Assembly: GCA_030704615.1 (NCBI GenBank)
Contig: CM060731.1
Coordinates: 7,068,001 to 7,132,000, forward strand
Length of the DNA: 64,000 nt
DNA from: Takakia lepidozioides
Lineage: Eukaryota; Plantae; Bryophyta
Direction: 5' to 3'
In this document: positions 51,240 through 61,976 of the stretch, in pieces
How positions within the stretch are numbered: position 1 is the stretch's first letter
Layout of the letters: each line of letters begins with the position of its first letter
Notes under the pieces: generated by a model
Seen by the model: the letters and a program-made list of their open reading frames with translations, nothing else
Told to the model about the DNA's origin: nothing
The model's database searches: none
Made by a program: the position numbers and the translations under genes

Positions 51240-51777
51240 GCTCACTGGTCACAGCCGTCACAGCCCCACACAGACCACAGCCTGTCACAGCCCCACAGGC
51301 TGCAGCCCATCACAGCCCATCACAACCCCAAAGGCCACAGGCACATCCTATCACAGCCCTACAAAGGTCACAGGGTCATAGCCCCAAAGGCCACAGCCCG
51401 TCACAGCCCCACAGGCCACATGGCACAGCCTGTCACAGCCCTACACAGGTCACAGGGGTCACAGCCCCAAAGGCCACAACCCCTCACAGCCCGTCACAGC
51501 CCGTCACAACCCCACAGGCCACAGCCCACAGCCCACCATAGCCTGTCACAGCCCGCCACAGCCCATCACAACCCATCACAACCTGTCACAGCTCACCACA
51601 GCCTGTCATAGCCCCACAGGCCACAGGGCACAGCCTGTCACAGCCCCTCATAGCCCGTCACAGCCCCACAACCCACAAGGCACAGCCCCTCACAGCCCGT
51701 CACAGCTCGCCACAGTCTGTCACATCCCGTCACAGCCCCACAGGCCACAGGGCACAGCCTGTCACAGCCCCTCACAT
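51240..51777. repeat. Low-complexity (T)CACAGCCC-type tandem repeats in the 5' leader of the DNMT retrotransposon
   Basis: Dozens of CACAGCCC/GTCACAG/GGCCACAG units. Confidence 0.9.
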
Positions 51778-53657
51778 AAGGGAAGTCAGCCCTTCCCTCT
51801 TCCTTGCTTGCCCTCCAAGCTTGAAGATGGAAGCTTCAATGAGCTGAATACATGCTCCACACATGCAACCTCTTCATACAAGAGGTATCGGCCCCCTATC
51901 TTGGCTCCTTGGCTCCTTGATCTCTCTAAGACAAGACTAGACACTCCACAGCCTTTGCCAAGCTCCTGAAACCCTAAGGCTTACATTTCCAGCCACAAGA
52001 CGCTCCTCTTGTGGTGCAAGAGCTCTTTTTCCAAGCTCTGAAACCCTAGGTGCATATTCCATGGCCTTGCCGCACCTCTTAGCTCCTGTTCCAGCCCTGC
52101 TCTTGCCATGACAAGAGCCCTCTCAATGCTGAAGCTCGAGATTGAAACCCCCTCTCAACATACTCCACAAAGTGCACTGATTTGCCCCAAGCCAAATCAG
52201 CCCTTTCGCTTGGTCTTGCAATCCTTCACACAATGAAAGCTCGCATTCCCAAGTCCAATTCTCAGCTCTGCCACCAAAGCCACTATAACCTGCTCTTGAC
52301 TGGTCCTCTTCCCAATCGTGCTTGCTCATGCATGTACACAATCTGAAACCATCAAGGTGCTCTGGAATTACCTGCAGTATGGTGCTTTCATCTCTGAAGC
52401 TGAAGATCGAATGCCAAGGTCTACCACCTTGTAACCCACATCGCCTCCGCTTCTAACAACCAAGAGCTCCATGGTGCTCCTTGCATAACAACTTGGTTTC
52501 TCTCATTCTCAAGCAAAAACCACAAGTGCTACAACCAACTCGTATCTGGCACTCACAGATATGAGCTCATCTTTCTCGAGTGGGGAATCCACACTACGGC
52601 GCCATAGCTAGGCGCAGTGAGGCTCAACTCGAGAAAGATGAGCCTCCCGCGCTTGCCGTGAAGATAATCACTCCAGGGCCAAAATCTGCCTTGACCCCTG
52701 GATTGACACTTGGGCCAATCCCAAATGTCAATATGTAAAAGCTAGTTATTTCCTAGCTAGTTTCACACTAGTGGTAAAATAATTTGACAGTAGTATGAGC
52801 AAAGGCTTGTGACAGTTTTGTCAGGGAACGGGGTTTTTTGGGAGGAGTGTCTTGGAGGTAGCGGGTAACAAGCCAACTGAGTTCGGTAGCAAAGTCTTGG
52901 CGGGGTGGGTGGATTTGAGTGTCACAGGGGGAGGAAATAGAGTATTTAGCCCATAGCCATGCTAGTCTGTCATTGGGAATGAGGCCAAGAAAACAGCCGT
53001 TGAAGATGTAGATAGTGGACATACGAGGGCCTTGACAGATTGTGGGGGAGGTGTGTAGGATATCCTTATCTGGATTGCATTCAGTAATGTGTATGTGTAC
53101 GTTGGGGGCGGTAAGTGGTTGATGTACGTGACGGGCATCTTTGGGTTGGGATATAAATAGCAATTTAGCTTTTTCTATTTTCCCAATCTAACAAATCCTT
53201 ACATTGGCTCTAAGGATATTAAGGGATCATTAGAATAAATGTAAAAATTATGTTAAGGTTTATCTTCTTCGTCATGGTTGACCGATTTGTTTTCCCACTC
53301 TATGAAATCCCTAGAGCGGCTTAGAACGCTATAAGGGATTCTTACAACGAACGTAAATAAGTTTATTTATTTTATTTGTTTTTTAATTTAAATTTAAGAG
53401 ATCCTTACATTGGGTCTAAGGGATCATTAGAATAAATGTAAAAAATATGTTAGTGTTTTTTTTCTTGGTCATGGTTGACTGTTGAGGCCGTATGGCACCC
53501 GTTGAGATTTAACTGTTCTTCCCCTTCAATATTTCAACTATTAACAATATAGTTGTTTGGCTAAAAGTAATGTGATTTTTTGGCTAAAATATATTAGGGT
53601 TTAGCCAGAACTTGTCGACGTGGCCTTCTGTCTTGCCGAGAAACAAAAACTTGGCAC

Positions 53658-53823
53658 TAGCTGGCATCCTAAAGACTGAAGCTAATTATCAGCGGAAGTG
53701 GATTGCCACCACCACCAATTGAATGTAGGGCAGTCTGGGATTAGCTGGCATCCTAAAGACTAAAGCTAATTATCAGGGGAAGTGGATTGCCACCACCACC
53801 AATTGAATGTAGTGCAGTCTGGC
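53658..53823. repeat. 84-bp tandem duplication
   Basis: TAGCTGGCATCCTAAAGACT...GCAGTCTGG starts at 53658 and 53742. Confidence 0.9.
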
Positions 53824-54299
53824 ATTCCGTGTTAATAGTTTGATAGCAAGTACCAAGGGGCTCTAGAGCTTTTGCCGAATTAAGTGACATTTCATTGATA
53901 AGATTACAATTTTCAGATTTGGTACAATATATGCTCTCAAACTCACGGTCTAGGCGTGTACTAAGACAGATTTAAAATGATAGTGTGTCGGTACAAAATC
54001 TATACTTTCCGTACTGCTGCAGCATAGATGGAGCCAATAGTTTAGACACTTCATTCCTAACAAAAGTGGGGTGATATCAGCCCTCTTTTTCATTGGACAA
54101 CTCCCTACACTCATTGCCATGAATCACTCTTGAACTGCAAGCATATCCAAATTTGACAGTATACATCAAGAGATCAGAATCAAATGTATCTTGAATTTAT
54201 GTCGACTGTGGTGTATACAAGTAACCAGGGTGTGCTAACAGCTCCAGGAGTCTCTAGGACAACATGACCTTACACATGAAAAACTAGATGAGCTTGAGA

Positions 54300-57103
54300 C
54301 TAGAGCAGAGCAGAAAGTCCCTCTGCAACTGAGGTAACTGTTGTGGGAGTGATGGTATTTTCTCCCAAGTAAAGATCCAACAGCGCTTCCGCAACATTAT
54401 TATTGTCGATTGTGTGTAATACTTTGTCCGGCACTGAACCATCAGCAGAGATGGATACCTGCAACCTCAAATGTGTCTGTTAGTACCCCTTAGAAATCCT
54501 TGAAAGATCAGTCCCACACTCACAATCAGATCTAAGAGATTAAAACTTAAACAGATCATCCCTTACATATTCCATGGCAGGGATAATTGTAAGAACTCTT
54601 TAACGTTCGATAATACTTTCATAAAAGGTATGGGTCCTAATAACACATGCACAGACTGGTAACAGCATGCCAGGAGGATGAGGACCTGCACTTTGGAAAA
54701 GCTAGTTTGGCCAGTAGTAGAAAATGGAAGATCCTTTTGGAAAGTTATGTGGCTGGAAAAAGGTCACCAGATCTTCCAATGCCGTCTATTCGGGCTCCTC
54801 ATATTTGTCATCGTACACCAGCTTGTCTCGCACAGACGACTGTAATGAACCTCCATAAGGAGTACCCTTCACACCCTTGATTATGCCAACTTTGATCAGT
54901 TTTTCCACCTCAGCTGCAAGGCACACAATCTTTCAGTTAGTGCACAGTCCACAGAGACTTCCTCGGGGTTCATAGAATGGTATCAGGGTATAAGGAAGAT
55001 TTTGAGCAGAGCTGTTTCATCCCTGACATCCTAGGTGATGGCCCATCAATTAGCATTGGAAGCACTTGTCCAAAACTATCTACAGGGCAAGCACATCCAT
55101 CAATCGATGACCACGCTGGCCCTGCAAGGCCAGGCAGACTTGTGAACGAATTTAGGACCTTAAGCAATTACTTTCACTGGTAATTACAGTGTTGGGATTC
55201 ACAAGCTTTGAACAATGCCAGGATGGTCTCTCTGCTCCGAAGGAGCTTTGAAAGACTGAAAATGGTGTGCAACTTGTGATCAGTTCCCTCAGAGGCTGTG
55301 TAAGCCTGCACAGATCAGTGAGATGCAATCATTTCATAATCTGGATAAAGTATGTCAGGTTTTAAGTGATCACCTTGCTGCACAGCTTTGTGAAAACCAC
55401 TGTCCTCTTCAGCCAGCTCGGTGGCTGCCTTCCCCTTCCATTGCTGCAGATGTTCTCCAACAGTAGGCTCCAGGTAAACTCCAATGGCAGTGAATTTAAT
55501 CTCGATGGTTTCTATGCTCATCTCTGTCAAGCCTGCACAGATGAGTAGTGTATGAGCAGCTGGAAACTCCCCTAATAATGAAACATAATACAAACAGTAC
55601 TTGTTTGGACCAAGAGAAACAACTCTGGTCACAGGGAAAACTATTATTTCCTGTTGGGGGAGATGATCACATTCTGGACATGTTTCTCACAGAAGAGCAC
55701 CTCCAGCATTTCACAGGAAACAAAAAGCCTGCTCGTATGCTTATACTAAGACATCTCACATGTGTAAAGGGACCACTTGAAGGAGCTGGCATTGTGATAA
55801 TGGAGATCTTGCAATCTGACTATGGGTTCGTTCAATGACAAATAATTGCATTTAGGTGACATTTGGTTGAAATTCATCACGTGAGTTCTTACATTTGACA
55901 CTTGAGATTTGGCAGACAGGTAGTGTCAAGAATTAAAAAGGGGTGATCCCAAAACTTATAATAAATAATCAGAGAGTGACCTAGACATGGTCGGAAATAG
56001 GTGTTAAGGGACAGGCATTTTAGGAAGAGTTGAAAGACCAGATCTGACCATTAGGGAGCTCTAGAAACAACAATAAACCCTACTAAAAAGTTCCATAATT
56101 TAAATTAGGCAGGTCATTGCAGAAAGTGTTGTTTGTTGGCCACCTGCCACCACACATGGAGGTATTTTACACTGATGGCGTCTAGCACTGATGTTAGCCC
56201 AGAGTTTCCTTCGACGCACATATTTGTCTTCGAACAGCTTCCATTGTTATATATGGGAGTGGCCAGGGCCCACCAAAGCATCTGACATTTCAACACCCCG
56301 TAGAGGGTGGGGGAGAGGGGACATACCATGACCGATTAAGGTGAGAGTCGTAGACGACGCGGGTGGTGAAATCGTTGTAGGAAAGCTGATACCCTCTACA
56401 TCCAGGCTATCGGAAACCACTGCGTATTCACACAGACACCTCCTCGTGAACATTCCGTAAGACGATCCATGAAGGATTTGAAACATGATCTTCAAGACTT
56501 GAAGCTTTATAGACCCAATGTGGAGTCAGAGTTCCACTTGGACACTAGTTGACACATAACATGTATCATGGAGATTTTCGCAAATGATCAGCGTGTACAA
56601 CTCAGGAGAGGAGGAAAAATATATAGAAGACTTAAGAGAATGTAGGACTCCTGACTACTGGGGACTTCAGAATTCCCCCTGAGGGTCAGAGACACCAAGA
56701 TCATATGAGAAATGGGATTAGATCCGGGTAGGGTATAAAACTTGCAATTTAGAAGGCATCGTACTGTATGCAAGTGTGAGTTGTTCCGTGTTAGAGCAGA
56801 ATACTTACTTGCTGTTCAGACACAGGTATGGATAAATCTTGACCCCGAAGCGTATCACGGTTCCAGAACTGCGCCCCCTCACACTGCAAGGTTGTTGCTT
56901 GAGCTTGTTCTTCAGGAAGCGTGCGGAATCTGGATCATGCCAAAAGCACAACACCGATATTTTCAAAACAGAAGAGAAATCGATTAGGTCAAGACCCAAG
57001 CCTCGAGAGCCCAAATCGAGCAAGTACTAAACGGGCCCATCGTTTCTTCAGTACTCTCTGATCGCCTGGATATTGACAAGATGTGCAGACTGTAGATACC
57101 CAT
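54300..57103 (-). pseudogene. CHIL: Chalcone isomerase-like (type IV CHIL) gene with a premature stop and a frameshift in exon 4; exons ~57103-57100 (uncertain), 56419-56327, 55532-55374, 54913-54686, 54458-54300
   Basis: VEGISFP...LIGHG|LTEMSIETIEIKFTAIGVYLEP...WKGK|...KGTPYGGSLQSSVRDKL..DDKYEEPE*...FPKGSSIFY|...NVAEALLDLYLGE. TAG at 54786-54788 and an extra A near 54706. Confidence 0.85.
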
Positions 57104-59049
57104 GACCGTGAACAAAACAATACACAGATTGCAAACAAACGCAAGCATGGAAATCCATGTCCTTGATCTCCATGGAACTAACTGAAAAAAGGTAGAAGAG
57201 AACAACATATAGAATATATAACGATACTGCTATCTGGTCCTACACCTACCAGTACGTTTTGTTAGTAATGCATCTATAGGATACACTGTTTATCTGCCTC
57301 TCAGAGAGTTCAGAGAGAGAGAGAGACCTTGTCTGGTGCACAAGCAGGAGCTTGTTGTCAAGCAGCTCTAAAAGTATCACAAGGCACACTGGAGTGGTCA
57401 AACTTCGAAATGCTAGGCAGGCTATTGCTTCAAAGCAGACATGCTGGCAATGACATACAGAGCTCTGTAACACTCCCTCCAGGAAAGCTCCTAAGATCGA
57501 CGTGTAGTGCTAAAGTACCAGCTCTTTTCTCTTGAGTATTTGTACCCTTGTCAATCAGGCTATGCTTCTTGGGTCTCGCACCCCCTTTTGGAATCTTTCT
57601 CTCTTCACTTTATAACCCACTTTCACATGAAACCCATAGGTTTCACGGTTGATATACACCCGCAGCAATTTTTTTCCTCTCCACAGGGGTGGGACTTAAT
57701 GAAGAGTGGTGGCTGGAGCATGACCTTGCAAAGCAGTGGGTGTGCTGTCACCACAATACATAGTGCATGTCCGCTTTGTCGGACACCTAAAATGACATAA
57801 AGCAAATTTCACTTCATCATTTTTTTATGAAGATCAGCTACTCACAGCCGCCCATTCTATGCAAAAATACAAGTATGTATTGTGGTCTTAGATGAACATC
57901 CAGTGCCAAGTTGACGTTCATTAAAAGGAATGTCAGATACATCTGAAATGTGAACTCTCTCTCTACTGTCCTCTATGACAACATAATGAGACAAAGCCAG
58001 ACAGCGGACCCACCACTCTGAGTAGGGACAAATCACTCTTAACTTCTCTGACTTTGGAACAGGTAGTCCGGGACCCACTGCAACAAACTTTTCACAAAGC
58101 GAGCAATGGATTCACGAGGATCACATGTGTCGACGTGGAGCCAAACATGTGTGATCACACATTACGACAGGCATCCCCAATCAAGAGTTGAAGGGGTAGG
58201 TGGGGGCATTTATTAGGGAAAGAAGGCACCCCACCCTCACACAAAGCTTATTAACCCCTAATGGACCAGCCCCTTTTTGGTGGACCCACTACAGAACGGA
58301 ACATACCCTCATGGATGAGGGTATATTTCTCCTTTGACAAACATCAACAGGGATGAAGGGTATGAAAGACACTCTACCTACTTCATGGACCTGCTGTAAA
58401 AATTCCAGGTGATTTGACGGTGTCATTAGGAAGATTATCACAAAAATCCAGCCCAAAATTTCTGCTGTACTCCAATTTCAGAGTCAAAAAATGATTTGAC
58501 CAAGCATTTGGCCTTACCAAAATGATTTTCATTCCCACAGGCCACCCAGATTCTGATTAGGTTGCACCTAAAGCATGTTGGCCGAAAATTTCAGAGCCCA
58601 ATTCCAAAATCTCGTAAGGGTTGCTTTGTATGGGAAAAGAGGGGGTAAGAAATACCATACAATTCAGTTGACCCCCAAATCGGCTCCAAGTAGGGTGACC
58701 AAGTTTATAATGGAACCACAATTCCATCGGTCTTATTGTTCCTTGCCTGATTACTCATTACCTTGAAAAAAAATCATCATTCTATCCTATGTAGAAACAA
58801 AGATTCTCAATTCTTCCTTGAATCCTAGCTCAGGCCAACTATCACCTGAGCCAGTTGGCTGGCTGACTACGAGGCTTGACCTGCAAACCCCACTTGCCTA
58901 TTCCTTCCAGCAAGATATGCACTTTGTGCATAAACCTTCGTCTTCAACGAGCCCTAGTGCACCCTCGAAGCTAGCATGAAGCTATTCACCCCAAGAAAGG
59001 CCTGGGGACCATCTGTTTCGTCGTTTCAAACCCACATGCAGTCTACAAT

Positions 59050-60500
59050 CAAATACCATCATGGAGTACAAGGGATAATACAAAACAATAATGTAAAACA
59101 GACATTAGAGAATGTGGACAAGAGGAAAATACATAACATGATGTGGGCTGCATTTGAAGATGTTCAATCACATTCTGGTTTACAATGAAACCCATTATTT
59201 TGTCATTTGTTCTGAAGGTTCCATCACACGCCACTATTCGACAATGTCCATGCTTCACCATCTGTTTTTTCTGCCAGTCAATTTGTATGCCCACCACGAA
59301 TGGAAGGGCCAGTTTTCAGTCATTCGAAGTCCAAGGAGGGTGATTGGACTACTCCTGGTAGTAGAATCATTTAGTGGGTTCGCCTCAACCCACATACGGA
59401 CACTTCATGCATCATTTGAGTGTTTCTTAAATGTTTCTTCATCGCATTTGTTGGCAATATTGCGAATGTCATTAGAAAGAAGGAAGGTGTCACGAGTTAC
59501 CTCCAACCCAACATCCATCATTTCCCTCACCCCCTGTGTGTGTGTTTGCCATCATATTGTTGATGCTTAGTCCTAGATGCAAGTTGCGTAATACCCATAA
59601 TTTCATTCTTCACTGAGGTGGGGAGCTATTGAAACACGCCTAGTTTCATGTGAAGACCCATGGCACAATTGTCCTACTCCATCGACATGTCTCTTCTCAT
59701 AATACACTAGCTCCGCAATTTCAGGGTCCACATAGCATTGCGTCATTACAAACCGACACATGCATACCCTCTTGATGCCTCCCCCCATTTGTTTTTGTGG
59801 TCCTCACTTGTTTAGGCTTCTGCTGTGGAAAAGTGTGACTCTTGGCTTCCTCCCTTTCTTGGGAGTTCGTGTTTCTTGGCATTGATGGTGGAGGTGACTC
59901 GCAAGCTGGCACTGGTCCTATCCTCTAGCCCGTGTGATACCTACGACAACAAACCACCTTCCATTCCTAGCAAAGCAAGGGACTCACAATGCAAAAAAGC
60001 AACGAGGACTACGGTATTACATGGTTGGCACAAACTTATACATTGTCATACTTAAGGCACTGTTTATGCGTGGAGCTAGGAGAGATCCCTGCAAACATCC
60101 TCTTTGGCCATGTATGTGGAACGTGCATGGCGACATTGAAACGGGAAGACTCCCGAGTGATGAAATTCTTCACGCAATTCCATGGAGTGTAACTTAGACT
60201 CAGCATTGTCTTTACTTGGGGGCTTGCCATATGCCATTGGAAACGCGAGTATAACACATTATGGTTGAGTTCGGGGATTGCAGTTGGTTTCGAATTTTCA
60301 ACAAGATGGTCTTCAGTTTTGTCGGCCTCCATAGACATGAAGATAACTCAGGCACCATTGGGTTGCACAGAGGACACATGGGTGATACGCTACGCGGGTG
60401 CACACACCTTGATAGGACAATTTTGGAGACGAGGATGAGAGGGGATGACGATGGATACAACTCGACGATTACCTCGACACAGCATACATCTACATGGAGA
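59050..60500 (-). mobile_element. Degenerate Mutator-like (MULE) transposase remnant; TIRs not resolved
   Basis: CRFV...YYEKRHVDGVGQLCHG, RDTFLLSNDIRNI...H.NDA.SVRMWVE, VGIQIDWQKKQMVKHGH..IVACDGTFRTND (first Asp of the DDE core). Confidence 0.7.
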
Positions 60501-61976
60501 TGCATTCATTTTAAACGCGGTATGGATTAAAAACAATTAAATTTCAAACTCAAATTTGAAATTTGAATATTATGTGTCACCACGTCACCACACGTATTAA
60601 CATGTGTCGAACGTCATGATGGAATGCTGCTGGTTACGTGATCATGTACGACATGGATGCTGGGTGGGCGAACATGTATTACCACACCGTCGAGGGGTGG
60701 GAACAGGGGCGGGTCGCGGTGGTCGCGGTCAGTGCAGGAGCCGCCACGAGGGGTGCGGGGACGGGCGAGGGGGCCACGCAGCCACACCCGCTGAGGGCGC
60801 ATTCAACTGCCGGTTCATTTCTAATGTCTGCCGATGCTTATTAGAAGTGAGTAACATCAGTGTCGTAATGACGCAACTTCTGAATATTACTTCTCATATT
60901 TCCAGCGTCGCATATCTGCACTTGGAATTTGAAGGCCTTTGAACCCTATAATGTCAAAATCTCCCCACATACTATGTTCCCACCACTTGGCGGTCTGTCA
61001 AGTTATGAACCTATGAGGAAAGCCCTCAGTTTACACAGTAGAGTACACCTAGAGATCCTTTGGACGATGGAGTTACACACCTACAAGATGGGACCTGTTG
61101 GAAATAAAAGGAACCTTCAGCTCTCCTCAATAACAGAAAGTCCTGTATTGAATTGAAATGAAAAAAGCACCACCTACCTCCAATCTGTAACATTGGAAGG
61201 TGAACTACCAAATCTAACAAGCCTCCAACAATGGGCTCTCTTGCTTTGGCAAAACACAAAGGGGGGGGGTGAGACATAACTCAGCACAGCACACCAATCA
61301 GAGCCTTGACGCGGTGGGTTCTTTGACCACATTTTCTCCGAGGACTTCAACATGATGCATAGTCTTTCTACAGAAGAGAGCCACCAAGAAGTATTCCCAA
61401 GTACAAACTCAATGAATTTGCAAATTCAATGACATAATTATATGTCGTGCGACTTTATTCACAAATGTGCGGTGTTGCAGCACTTACAAGGAATGGGAGG
61501 TTTGAATCATGAAAGATTCCAGCTGTTGGGAAAATAGCCCCCTCAGAAAAATTTGAACAACTACTTCCCTACAGACATTCTAGACAAGAACCTCAGTAGC
61601 CTAACTGCAAATTATTGAACTAAGGACAAGGGAAAATGCAGCAGCCATGTTCAACACATAACAGATACATTTCCTCTAAATATTGCTGGAGTGTCTTCAA
61701 CTAAACTAAAGAGGTGAGAAGGGGTCAAGGGCAACAAAAAAGTAGCTGCCTTCAACCCACTACATGTCCCTTGTGTCGAACATTGCTCCTTACGAACATA
61801 CCATCTTGGAAGAAGATAGTATACTTATGATAATATACAAGCAACTAGCGAAAGCAACAATTTTGTGTTCCAGAATCAAGCTCAATAAATGCCAGTGGAT
61901 AGCAACCTAACCAGAACGAATGCCTTGTTGGTTGATGTCCGGTACTGTCCAACAACGTCCTGGGCACCTTAGTCAT

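Larger units (their letters stand above)
43983..52767 (-). mobile_element. Ty3/gypsy-type retrotransposon with domain order gag - Zn knuckles - protease - C5 DNA methyltransferase - (RT/RNaseH remnants) - integrase - PHD finger; degenerate
   Basis: TG...CA ends, PPT-like GGGGGGCGAT at ~44183-44192, gag 50510-49471, CWTCGGPHVKKDC, LLDSRA protease, MTase motifs I-X, DDE integrase, PHD. The host ORF is colinear on both sides. Confidence 0.9.
41690..53150 (-). mobile_element. 5'-truncated non-LTR retrotransposon with RNaseH and C-terminal CCHC + restriction-like endonuclease (RandI/Dualen-like), split by the gypsy insertion at 43983-52767
   Basis: 13-bp TSD ATATAAATAGCAA (41677-41689 and 53151-53163), (TC)n 3' tail. 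RNaseH fragments ...ILRA*L...FTDSL...KVRAHTGIRGNE.AD; then CPLC...HLLSQC, RHN, PDILL...IEFTY...KRLKY. Confidence 0.85.

Noticed and set aside
51240-51777. CRISPR-like array, or real proteins from ORFs 51143-51541 and 51420-51611
   Set aside because: Short degenerate 8-10-nt units without constant repeats or unique spacers; the ORFs are low-complexity by-products.
52560-52650. Hammerhead ribozyme (retrozyme-like) in the LTR hairpin
   Set aside because: No CUGAnGA...GAAA core is positioned at a three-way junction in either copy.
43983-52767. Ginger-type DNA transposon (integrase + PHD, TG...CA ends, 4-bp TSD)
   Set aside because: gag, zinc knuckles, protease, RT/RNaseH remnants and a PPT are present, and there are no TIRs beyond TGT.
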